The notes under the pieces are model-generated. The model made no database searches. It was not told the origin of the DNA and was given only the letters and a program-made list of their open reading frames with translations. The position numbers and the translations under genes were made by a program. A stretch of DNA of 64,000 nucleotides from the human T2T-CHM13v2.0 reference genome, Homo sapiens, in the NCBI RefSeq assembly GCF_009914755.1, contig NC_060934.1. The stretch is one strand, 5' to 3'. This document shows, piece after piece, positions 1-12,645 of the stretch (its first letter is position 1; each line of letters opens with the position of its first letter).

Positions 1-1715
1 ATCCACTGGATTAAGAACTTGTATTCTTTGGTTCTTCTGTCCCTATTTTACCTCTCCCCTAAGCTGTTTTTTCTAATGCCTTTAGGTTATCATTTCTGTT
101 TTATGTTCCTCTCTGAAATGCTTCCATGCTGTTCTTTTGATACCTACTTCTTTTTCTGGTTAGCAGAGCTTCAGATTACATTTCTTTGCAGATACAGTTT
201 CCAGGAGGATCAGGGATATTAGATGAAAGATTTTTGAAGAATTGATTTGCAAAGAGGATAATTTCTTTCAGACTTACTTTTCCATTGGCCATTTTTAATG
301 AACTGTTACATCTTCGGGCTGACTGAATGACAGTCCTTTCCTCACCACCTAAATGTGATGCGAAGTCATCCTGTCAGCATTTCTTACCTCCCCAGATCTT
401 TGACAGTCATAAATTTTGAGAAAAATCAAAAGTTGCTGCTTATCAGAAAAAGTTCTCTAATCTTTTGAAAAGACTATTGAAATTCAAATGAGGCTCTGTG
501 TATGTTTTTTCTGGGTACTGCTGGGCAGATTTCTCAATCTCCTCTTTTTGAGTATTAGTGTAAGGATATTCTCAGGATAAAATGAGATCATTATGAAGCT
601 TTGAATTCTTTAGAAGCAAGTCTGTTATTTTTGTCACTTTTCCTTTTCCCACAAACCCTGTTTTTGTCTTAGAAAATAAATAGTTTTGACTTCATTTGCT
701 ATTCACAGAACCATGTTGTAGGTAGTTTATATCCTTCTGATTAAAAAAAAAATACTTGTTCTTTTATAACTGAGAAGAATTGTGCCACTGATTTTGATGA
801 TTTTGAGGCAGCCTCAATAAATGATGTGAACAATTTTAGATTTCTGAAGTGGGTTGTGTTTCTGATCCATCCATACAAATATGAATCAGATGCTGATTCT
901 ATTTATGTGTAGGAAAGTAATAAAGTAGTTCATGAGTTTTCAACATAATATCTGCTGATAACTGTATCATATGTTCCTGGATGTATCATTAATCAAGAAC
1001 TGCAAGATAGCACTCAACTATGATAGTAGGCAATTTATATTTGATGAGATAAACTGTTAACTTTTTAATAAGTTTTAATATGCTTAGCTATTATGTTTTT
1101 AAATAAGGTGGCAGGTTTTAGAATTTAAGTGTGTTCTTTTAAAAAATGCACTTAAAAAAAAAACAACCTGCTTGGCTACCAGTCAGTGAGAATGATGAAT
1201 TAATTATTAAAATGCACTACCAGACCAAAGTAATAACATGCTTTCCTTTTCTAAGATGAAGTAAGTGATATTGTTCAGAATGACTCACTCAATATTCTTG
1301 GGCTTTAGAGGGGTTGAGTACCTAGGGAGCAGGCTCTGGGACTCCTCAATCAGAGCACTTCCACTTGGGTTTGCTGTATATATTGGGTTTCTTTTAAGAT
1401 AAAATTCTCTTATAGTGTTGAATGATAAATAATTTGACTAGTCTTTGTTTCCTAGGAGACAGCCTCTAAATCCTTGGAATTTTCTGAGTGATAAGAGCAT
1501 CTTTGTTATTTTTGGTGGGCCCCTGGGATAATAGCTTAGTTTATGCTAATAAGATGACTTGGTCTGGGGGCTGGCCACTCCAGAAGGACTAACCATGTGA
1601 TTAAAGGATTTGGGCTTTGAGTCATAGGACCTCCTGGGAAGGATAGGGACCTGGAGATTAAGTTCCACTGTGTGGTCCTGTTTCATAAATCATACCTATA
1701 TAATGACACCCCAAT

Positions 1716-1889
1716 TGTAGAATCCATGAAGGTACATTTCCCAGTCCATCGAAACCTACACTGAAAAACCGAATATTCCGCGATAAAAACTGGAAACAAG
1801 CTATTTGTGAAAATGCTTTGTGATGTGTGGATTCATCTCACAGAGTTAATTGTTTGTTTTGGTAAAACAGGTTGTTTTGATAAAACAGG
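1716..1889 (+). repeat. Single alpha-satellite (ALR) monomer fragment, ancient/monomeric type
   Basis: ttgtagaatc...ataaaaactggaaacaagc...ctttgtgatgtgtggattcatctcacagagtt is colinear with the 171-bp alphoid consensus; no CENP-B box. Confidence 0.85.
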
Positions 1890-2034
1890 ATAAAAACTCT
1901 GAACACTGAAGCTCAGTTAAGCATTCTGGTAGGTGATACACATTGTGGTGATACACACTGATGTACTTGGAGGGTGATGAAGCTTCCTAGCACAGAAGCT
2001 TTATGTTTGGAACCCTCCCAGATCTAGCTCCATA

Positions 2035-2361
2035 CAGGTGGTTGTTTGTATCTGGGGGTCTGCATTCATGGATTCAAACAACAGTGGATCAAAACTTGTA
2101 GAGGAAAAAATATCATGTCTGTACCGAACACATAGAGACATTTTTCTTGTCATTATGCCCTATACAGTATAGTTATTTACATAACATTTACATTGAATTA
2201 GGCATGATAAGTAATCTAGAGAAATTAAAGTATATAGGAGGATGTGCAAAGGCTTTATGCAAATTCAATGCCATTTTATATTAGGGACTTGAGCATCCAT
2301 ACATTTTGGTATCTGTGGAAGATCCTGGAACCAATCTCCCATGTATACCAAGAGACAACTG
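2035..2361. mobile_element. MER2 (TcMar-Tigger non-autonomous DNA transposon)
   Basis: Preceded by TA; cag...ctg termini; internal ataagtaatctagaga and gggacttgagcatcc. Confidence 0.8.
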
Positions 2362-2672
2362 CGTATCTCTATTGGCTGGTCCTGGTTTGTGTTTTTTGTG
2401 ATAAAACTCTAATTGTAAGTATAGTACTTTCTATGTGAGTTGCTATGGTGAATTATCAATCCTGAAGGGTAGTGGGAACTTCCAGTTTGTATCCAGTTGG
2501 TCAGAAGTGCCTGGGGACCCCAGAGCTTGTGTCTGAGGTTTGAAGTGAAGGGAGTCTTATGGAGAGCTGTGTCTTCAACCTGTGAAGTCTTTGCTGACTA
2601 GGTAGTTAGCATCAGAAGTATGCTAGCCCTCTGGGTAGTTAGCAGTGCATTGTAGAGGGTTTCTGCATTTGA

Positions 2673-3015
<343 letters not shown>

Positions 3016-4520
3016 TAAACCAGGTATTATTTAAGGTCAATGTGTTACTATGACTTTTTGTGGCTTCATATTGCAGATACATGAGTAGTCTTATCATTTT
3101 TTTGAGCACTTAGACTGAGAGCATGGTTATTGAAATAATTCCCCAAAGTAAACCTTATTATTTTCAAGGGATTTACAATATATTACCAAAACTTGAGCAA
3201 TGATAGGTAAATTTGAGCTAGTTCTCCTCTTTTCCCTCTTCCAAACTGCTTTGACATATTGGTGATAGATTAATATTTTTCAAAAAAGTCTAGGTCTTGT
3301 TGTTTTATTTCCTTATTTGGAACTCTTGGCATTCTGATGTTTCTTGAAGCAGTGCAAACACCTGAGATAGTATTTTAGGTCTTAATGTTGTTCTCTTATT
3401 ATTCCAAATTTTCACAAAGTAGTCTGTATTTCAGCCAGCCTAGATTCTTCATTATACTTCTTTTCTGTTTTGATGACTTTACTTTTTACTTTATTCACTT
3501 AATTAGAAACAGATTAATTCATTATTCTGTCCTCTTCTTATTTTCTGAATACATCGGGAAGCCCTTCCTGATTCTCCTCTTCTCTCTCTCCAGGATCTTT
3601 ACCTGTCTTTCAATTTGCTTTGGGCTTTGCATTATTTGAAACCCTTTCAATCTTAAATCTAAGTCTATCTGCTGGTTTCATTTCCTTTCTTAGATTGTAA
3701 GCTACTTCTGGTAGGGTATGGCGTGGACTAGAAGGCTATTCCATTTTGCTGAATATGTGTTCAAATTTTATAATTGCCTGCAAGTAAATCGCTTTATTGA
3801 GATCATGAATTGTTTGGATCTTTGTATTAATTCTTACGCATGTAATTAATCTGTGTGAATAACCTGCTTTTGCTATCTTCTATGTTAGAAGATTTTAGGG
3901 TAGCTAGGTAGGTACCCTACCTAACCAATACCTATTGGTTATTATCCACTTGGTCTTTACTAGATGCTTATTTTAGTTGTCCGGTGGTAGTGACTAACTA
4001 GCAGGTGATGCTGTGATATATAGCAGGTATTATACACCTGTAAAATATTTGGTCAGAGTTGACTGCTTTTTATTTTCTGCGATTAAACTCACTTGACGTA
4101 CTTCTGCTCTCAGTAGTAGGTCAAAATGAGGAAATAAGTGTACTCTGTTGATCTAGGCAACAGGGCATGGAGGAGAGTATGGAAACAAGAATTTCATTAT
4201 CACTTGGTCAAGACCAACCATTACAGATAAGAATCTTGGTATGAGTCATTTCCACTGTCCCCCCAACCCATCTGTGTTTAAAAAATGGAGACTGCTATTG
4301 AAGATCTTGGTGATGTTATCTTTCAGCATATCTGCTCTTTGAATTGCAGTGTTCCAGTCAAGACTGGTTACCCTCTGCTTCTGTACAGCTGTTGTTTTGA
4401 AATATAATGATTTTTTTAAAGTTTTTTTTCCTCCTACGTGTATTCTTTTTCTCTTAAGTTGCTTTTTTCTTTTTCTTTTTTTGGTCTTTTTCTTTATCTT
4501 CCACATTAGAAGGTAGTTTC

Positions 4521-4905
<385 letters not shown>

Positions 4906-5160
4906 TTAACTTCACTGTAGGTTGGTCTGGTGGGCCATTGACTATGGAATTCTGCCTCTCCACTCCTCCCCCTGCAATATTACTGTCTTTAGGTCTTTCC
5001 TCTTGGGCTGACATAGAGCCCCCAGAAAAGAGTCTTCTGATTTCTTGGAGGGTAACGGTTCAAATGTTGAATCAGCCTTGCATACCTGGGATGAATCTTA
5101 ATTGGTCATGGCATATGTAATTCTTTTTATACATTGTTGGATTCAGTTTGCTGATGTTTT

Positions 5161-5867
5161 TGTAATCGGTGGAAGGTATCTGAGTTACTGGCAGTGAGTC
5201 TGTATGGGTCTGCACCAATCTCAGTTCTTGCCTCCTCAGAAGAAAGAATTCATCTAAGGGGCGTAAGGCAGAAAAAGAGATGAAGCAAGTTTCAGAGCAG
5301 GAGTGGAAGTTTATTAAAAAGCTTTACAGCAGGAAAGAAAGGAAAGTGCACTTGGAAGAAATCCAAGTGGGCGACTTGAAGAGTAAGTGCGGTTTTTAAC
5401 TTTGATCCCAGGACTCTATAGGTTGGCCCCTTTCCTGTGATTCTTCCCTTAGAGTGGGCGGCCCACATGCGCAGTGCCCTCCTTATACTTGGGAGGTGAG
5501 CATGCACAGTGTGTTTAGAAAGTTGTATGCATGCCCATCGGAGGCTTTCTTCCCTTTTCTGGTGGAGTGCCCCAGGAAGGTCGTATACTGCCATTTTGTC
5601 TCTTAATGCCCCTGCCTGGGCTCACTCACTCAGTGCCTGAGATTTTATTGGAGCCCCCTTTTTTGCTTCTCCCTGGTGCCTGCATTCAATTAACACTTTA
5701 ATGTTTAACACTTGTAGACTGTTAGGAGCTTCTCTCTCCTTGGTGCAAGCTGCCAATTTATCACTTTTAGAGAGGCAATGTGATAATTGCTGAATCACCC
5801 AACATTCCTAGTGGGTGTGGGAGAACCCTCTCCTGCCCTGCTCGTACCTGTCTTACTACCTGTAACA
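5161..5867 (-). mobile_element. MER50 solo LTR (ERV1 class)
   Basis: TG...CA termini (tgtaatcgg...ctgtaaca); 4-bp TSD tttt splitting the L1 motif; minus-strand AATAAA (tttatt at about 5310). Confidence 0.85.
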
Positions 5868-7010
5868 TTTTGTTGAGGATTTTTGCATTTATGTTCATGA
5901 GAGATATTGGCCTATAGTTTTCTTGTAATGTTTTTGTCTGGTTTTGGTATCAGAGTAATGCTGGCCTCACAGAATGAGTTAGGAAGTATCTCCTCTGCTT
6001 CTATATACTGCAAGAGATTACACAGAATTAGTATAATTTCTTCCTTAAATATTTGGTAAAATTCACCAGTGAACCCATCTGGGCCGGTGCTTTCTGTTTT
6101 AGAAGATTATTAATTATTGATTCAGTTTTTTAAATAGATGTGGGCCATTTAGATTGTCTGTTTCTTGTATGTATTTCAGCAGATTATGTCTTTCAAGGCA
6201 TTGGTCCATTTCATCTAGGTTATCAATTTTGTGGGCATAGAGTTGTTCATAATATTCCTTCATTTTCTTTTTAATGTCCATGGGGTTTGTAGTGATGTCC
6301 CTTCTTTCATTTCTGATATTAGTAATTGGTGTTTTCTCTCTCTCTCTTTTTTTTTTTTTCCTTAGTTTAGCTTGGCTAGCAGCATATCGGTTTTATTGAT
6401 CTTTTAAAATAACCAGCTTTTGGTTGTGCTGATTTTCTGTATTGGTCTTATGTTCAGATTCATTGGTTTCTGCTCTAATTTTTGTTGTTTGTTTTCTTCT
6501 GCTTGCTTAGTTTGGATTTAATTTGCTCTTCTAGTTTCCTAAGGTAGAAGCTTATTGATTTTAGATCTTGATTCTTTTTAAAAATATGTATTCAATGCTA
6601 TAAATTTCCCTCTAACCACTGCTTTTGTTGCATCCCACAAATTTTGCGAAGTTGTATTTTCACTTAGTTCAAAGTATTTTAAAATTTCTTTTAAGTTTTT
6701 TTTTACTCTTGTTTAAAAGTGTGTTAGTCTCCATGTACTTTGGGATTTTCCAGCTATCTTTCTGTTATTGATTTCTAGTTTATTCCATTGTAATCACTAT
6801 GTGATTTCTATTGTTTTAGATTTGTCTTGGTTTGTTTTATGACCCAGAAGGTGGTCTGTCTTGGTGAATGCTGCATGAGAGCTTGGGAAGAATGTGTATT
6901 CTGTTGTTTTTGGATGAAGTAGTCTATAGATGTCAATTGTCAATTATATACAGTTGATTGATGGTGTTGTTGAGTTCAACTATGTCCTTTCTGATTTTCT
7001 GCCTACCTGA

Positions 7011-7325
<315 letters not shown>

Positions 7326-7954
7326 TGAGTTTCTTATAGACAACATACAGTTGTATGTTGTTTTTTGATTCACTTTGACAATTTCTGCCTTTTAATTGGT
7401 GTAGTATGCAGACCATTGACATGTAAAGTGACTGTTAATATACTTGTGTTAATAGCTACCATATTTGTTACTGTTTTCTATTCATTGCCCTTGTTCTTTG
7501 TTCCCATTTTCTATTTCACTCTTTTTTTGGCTTTTGTGATTTTAATTAAGCAGTTTGCATGATTCCATTTTATCTCCTTTCTTAGCATAGCAGTTATACT
7601 TTTTTAAAATCTTTTTTTTTTAGTAATTGCCTAAGAGTTTTCAAGATACATTCACAACTAATCCAAGTCTGCTTTCAGATAACACTGTACCACTTCATGT
7701 GTAATGCAAGTACCTTATAATAAATGAAAATATTATTAATTCCTCCTTCCCATCCCTTGCATCATTGCTGTCATTCATTCTACTTACATGGAAGCATACA
7801 TAAGAATATCAGAATATATATAAAATCGTAGGTAATGAATACATTGTTGCTGTTATTATTTAGAATAAACTATTTTTTGTTAGAGTAAGAAGAAAAATAA
7901 AAATAAAAATAAAAGTTATTATTTTTATCTTCGGGTATTCCATCTTTATTCTCT

Positions 7955-7959
<5 letters not shown>

Positions 7960-7992
<33 letters not shown>

Positions 7993-8263
7993 ATAGGATC
8001 TTGCTCTGTTGCCTAACTGGAGTGCAGTGTACGATCATAGCTAACTTCAGCCTCAACCTCCTGGGCTCAAGTGATCCTCCCACTTCAGCCTTCTCGGTAG
8101 CTGGGAATACAGGTGCATGCCACCAGGCCCAGCTAATTATTTTTTTAAAGATGAGGCCTTGCTCTGCTGCCCAGACTGGTCTCCAATTCCCATCCTCAAG
8201 TGATCCTCCCACCTCGGCCTCCCAAAATGCTGGGATTACAGGCATGAGCCATCCTGCCTAGCC
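7960..8263 (-). mobile_element. AluJ
   Basis: Poly-T followed by antisense dimer; gatcatagct and ctgggctcaagtgatcctccc. Confidence 0.92.
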
Positions 8264-8966
8264 TCTAATGCTGTTTTTTTCTTTATGTAGATACAAGTTT
8301 CTGACTTACATAATTTTTCTTCTTTGTTAAGAAGTTCTGCTAACATTGCTTTCAAGGCAGGTGTACTTGCAGTAGAGTCCCTCAATTTTTGTTGAGAAAG
8401 TGTTTATTTCCTCTTCACTTTTGAAGAATAATTTCTTAGGATAAACAACAGGCAGTTATTTTCTCTGAACACTTAAATACGTTTTTATTTAAGGAAATAC
8501 ATTCAGTCAAAACTTGGTTTTCTTTCCTTCAGTCCCCTCTCCATATTATCAAAAAAAAAAAATCCACAAAACTAGCTAAATAATTAACTTAATTACCTGA
8601 AACATTTTTATAAAGATTTACTAGCAAGTAAATAATCTTTTGCTAATGAAAATAGTATTTCTTATTTTAGTCTTTCTATTTGCAGATGGTGGTAGACCTA
8701 TATATAATTTTTTTATAAAGAAAAATCAATGCCTTTTATTTTATACTAAGTAAAGAGGCAACTGCACTGTGAATAGGGAAAATAATTGCAAGAGATAATG
8801 AGCGTACATCTTTTCAAGATGGCCATGAAAATAACTAGAATGCTGGCAACTATTCTGATTTGTTGTTAAGACTTGATTATACTATAGTTTTGTGATTTAA
8901 ATGTGATTATGTATCTTTTAAAGATTTGAAAAATAATGTTTCTGCAATCCCCTTTACAATCTACAG

Positions 8967-9051
8967 AGAAAGCAACCAGCGAGATGAATACTGCTGAGGA
9001 CTGGGGCCTCATTTTGGATATCTGTGATAAAGTTGGTCAGTCTCGCACTGG
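8967..9051 (+). CDS. STAM: STAM exon 2 (85 nt), (E)[28 protein letters not shown], start of VHS domain
   Basis: ctacag|AGAAAGCA...ACTGG|gtaagt. Confidence 0.97.
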
Positions 9052-9106
9052 GTAAGTATTTAGCGTTTCAAAGGATTTTTATTCTTTCTTTTTAAAAAAC
9101 ACGAAA

Positions 9107-9272
9107 GGCCAGGTGCAGTGGCTTGCACCTGTAGGCCCAGCCCCTCGGTAGGATGAGGTGGGAGGATCGCTTGAGCCCAGGAGTTAGAGGCTGCAGTGTG
9201 TGATGATTACACCCATGAACAGCCAATGTACACGAGTCAGGGCAACATAGTGAGACCCCGTCTCTTAAAAAA
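9107..9272 (+). mobile_element. FAM (fossil Alu monomer)
   Basis: Single monomer with the FAM/7SL-derived segment cccatgaacagccaatgtacac, then gggcaacatagtgagacccc and an A tail. Confidence 0.8.
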
Positions 9273-9869
9273 GAAGGATCAGGAGGTAAAGTATATTAGC
9301 ATTAAATTTAGTTTAAAAAGAGAATATTTTTATTAAAAAGATTTGAAGAATCATCTCATTTAGTTTATATACCTTTTAACCAGTTAGGGTAACATGGCTG
9401 GTAAAAAGTTGATGCTTTAATCACCCTCCTTCATATTTTCTTCTGGAATCTCATTTTTTCCACTGATTTTAGAGTTATTAGTGATTTCTCAGTTACCAAG
9501 TTTCATGGTTATTTATGAGTTCTTTTCTCCTTTGTCAGATTTGCAACATTCCACCTAATGAATCAGTTAGGTGGAATTGAAAAGAAATTTTTTCTTTCTG
9601 TTGAAAGATTAGGGGAATAGAATCTTAAACTTTTTGGCATGTATTACAGAGCTTTCCAAACAGTACAGTAATTGGATTAATTGGTGTGGATATGGGTGAT
9701 TTCTTCAGCTCCTGGGCTAACAGCATTAGCCTTTAGCAGTTTCATTTACTGCTTTATGCCACACAAATGGTATTGTCTTATTTGTGCACTTTCATGTGAA
9801 AAAGATTAGGAAGCACTGCTGCATTACACTTGATATTTGCAGTGGTAATATGAAGCCTTTGCCAGTGTC

Positions 9870-10960
9870 TTCTTTGCCTCTTCTTCCTTCACCCCTAAAT
9901 ATAGATGTTCCTGAAACTTTCCCTGATTCATTTTTTATTTCTAAGATTTTTTCTTTTGGTCTCACAACTTCCAGCTGTCTTTATGTAGATAGCATCTGTA
10001 TTTTCAGCTCTTCTTACTCAAGCACTAGTCTTATGGACACTGCATTATTTCTGGATATCGTTCTATATAAGCCTTCATCTCACCATCTAGAAACCAGAAC
10101 TCCTGTCTCTTTTTGCTTTAAACCTACTTTCCTTCAGTTTTTCCATTTCTATTAATGACAAGATGATTCTTTCATTGCACTAAAACTTGAGTCACCTCCA
10201 CATTTATTACTCAATTCTGTCCATCTGCCTTCATAATCTCTCAAAATGTTGACGTTTTAAAGTCTCCTTAATCAAGTTTTTGAGCACAGCCAAATGGTGC
10301 AGAGGCAGTTTTCTTCAGGGGCTGTATACCCTCCACTCTAGCTTTTTTTGGCCCATAATGTCCTCCCACTATGACGTTCCCAAAGAATCTCCCAAATGTG
10401 GTCCCATCCATCCCCTTTGTTGTATTTACATTTTAGTATATTCTGACCTGGTTCATTAATTTAATTGAAAATTTTTAACTACTGTGTGTTACATATCGCG
10501 TTCCCTTTTCTCCATTTTTATTTGTCCTACTTTACTTTGGACGTTCCTTACCTTGCCTAGGCTAGCGAATTAACCCACTGGCATTTTTTTTCTGTTTCCA
10601 TCTCTTTTCTAATTCTTATATCCAGTTGCCGTATAACAGCTGTGTTCATGTTACTCCCCTACCTTCCATACTGAGTTCAGTTTAAGCTCCTTAGTCTTCT
10701 GAATCATGCATTTTCATTTTTTTCCCTCCTGTATAACATTCATTTCAGCTCAACTATCTGAGTTCCAGTGCTTTTTTTCTACCTTAGTTTGATGCTTTTG
10801 GTCCTTTTGTTTCTTGAGGATGGAATGTTTTCCTCTTTAATTTCCCATCTCTGTGTCTCATATCCTTTCAGACCCAGTGTAGATACCACTTCTTCCACAA
10901 AGCCTTTCCTTATCCCCTTTACTGACAATGGTATGATCCTCTGAATCCTCAAAGCACTCT
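9870..10960 (+). mobile_element. Degraded L2 fragments
   Basis: Pyrimidine-rich L2 3'-end-like motifs (ccttcagacccagtgtagataccacttcttccacaaagcctttcc); approximate. Confidence 0.5.
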
Positions 10961-11092
10961 ATCAAAACTATTCTTATTTGTGTTTTTTCCTGCATTTTAG
11001 TAACTTATATCTAATGAACTGAAGTTTCTTAGATATAAACCTAGTAGATTTGTAGAATGAATGGTCCATGAACTTCTGTTGCACATGGGAAA

Positions 11093-11322
11093 GAAGCAAA
11101 TAGCTTAGTGGTGGAGATCATGTACTCTAGAGGGAGATTGCCTGGGTTCAAATCTTGGCTCTAGCCATTTAGCTATGTCATACTGGGTAAGTAACTTATC
11201 TTTCTGGGCCTTACTTTTCCAGTTTACCACCTAAGAATAATAATAGTATCATCTTCATAGGGGAGTTGTTGTGACTTTGAGATTAGCTTTATCAAGTGTT
11301 TATAACAGTACCTGGCACATGG
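11093..11322 (+). mobile_element. MIR
   Basis: cctgggttcaaatcttggctct...gggtaagtaactta...cagtacctggcacat. Confidence 0.8.
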
Positions 11323-12402
11323 CTGAATGAGTGCAACTCTGCCTGCTTTTGATTGAAGTCATATTTTGTGACAGTTTCTGTTGAAGACTGGGCACCAAGC
11401 TAGACCACTTCATGTGCATTTTGGAGATAAAAGTTTTATCTAGCATTGCAGCTGCAAAGCCCCTCCTCTCTCTCTTCACTTTGTTGGTTTCCTTTTTATC
11501 TTTACTTCGGTGTTTTTCATTTTGTAGACGCTTTCTGTAATAATTGGGTCAATTGCTTGAAGTTGTTTGTCAAAAGGCAAACCCCCTTTTACAACTATAA
11601 ATATTCCATGTTTTTCCAGTTAAAAAATCAATTTGTAATGCATCTGAAATTCTGTATGTTGTAGCACAAAGCTGTAGAGATCAATTTGTTTTTCTTAATG
11701 TTAACGTTATTCTCCCAGAAATGTTTATTATTATTTTCCCTATTTTATTTCCTTTCATATTTGAAATTTACTAATTTATAGCTTTAAAAATATTTTTGTC
11801 TTTTTGTTTTTATCCAGTATCAATAGGTTTAGACACATGCTCATTTTTTTTAGTTTTTCATATTTATTTTTAAACTACATACTTTCTCTCAGTATATTCC
11901 TTAATATTTGAATTGTCAGTTGGGGATTTTAATTGACATTATACTAAGTCTATGAATTTACTTAGGAAATATTTTCAACTTCAGTGAATTCGATAATGAA
12001 GGTGGATCTGTTTGTTCTTTTAGTCAGTGTTTTTTCCTTTTCTTCTTCCTTCCCTCCTTTTTCTTCTTTTTTCTTCCCACTTACTCACTTAGTTTTGACT
12101 CCTTTAATAGTTATTGCTCTCTGGTTCTTTTAAATCCCCATTAAGTTAATCTTCAAGCATTTATTGTGTGCATAAATGGGATATCTTGTTATACCTCTTG
12201 TTAATAAAGAGTTGTTTGAAAAGGATTAAACAATAATTGAGATACCATTCTAATATTATTGAGGTTTTAAAAAAATGTCAGGCCTTCAATAATTGCTCAT
12301 GTATGTATTTTCTTTCAATAATACTGTTTAACATACATCTCCAGTTGTGTTTTTTCTTTCTTGTTCTCCCTTGATAATCTCATATTAGGAAATGGTAAAC
12401 AT

Positions 12403-12645
12403 AAGGGTCATATTAGGACATTCATGGGCCCTAGGCACTTTTGTCTTCTTGGGCTCCTCTTTCTATTAAAAAAATTAAAAATATTTTATGACTACATTGT
12501 TTTAAGGAAAAATATATTAGTATTATATATTAAAACATTTTCTTTGAAGCAAAAGTTCACTTTTTTCTTCTTGTTTTAAAAGAAAAAACATTTACGTGTA
12601 CTTCCAAAATTATTGTGAGTCCTAGGCCCTGTGCCTACATGCATA
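12403..12645. mobile_element. hAT-type MITE (MER96B-like)
   Basis: gggccctaggcacttttg at the start and cctaggccctgtgcctac at the end. Confidence 0.6.

Larger units (their letters stand above)
1415..2650 (+). mobile_element. Solo LTR, MER21C/MER77-like (ERVL class), interrupted by an alpha-satellite monomer and MER2
   Basis: Recognisable motifs cctctaaatccttggaatt, gtttatgctaat, aaccatgtgatta and ccccaat[..]aaaaactctgaacactgaagctc; boundaries approximate. Confidence 0.7.

Noticed and set aside
1716-1889. Functional centromere or neocentromere seed
   Set aside because: Single monomer with no array and no CENP-B box; interesting only as an insertion fossil.
3975-4000. agttgtccggtggtagtga resembles the 5' end of a Y RNA
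   Set aside because: Similarity stops after about 17 nt; there is no matching 3' stem or poly-T terminator.
9784-10155. Longest ORF in the track (123 aa)
   Set aside because: GTG start, low-complexity Ser/Phe/Leu composition, overlaps degraded L2-like sequence; most likely a chance ORF.
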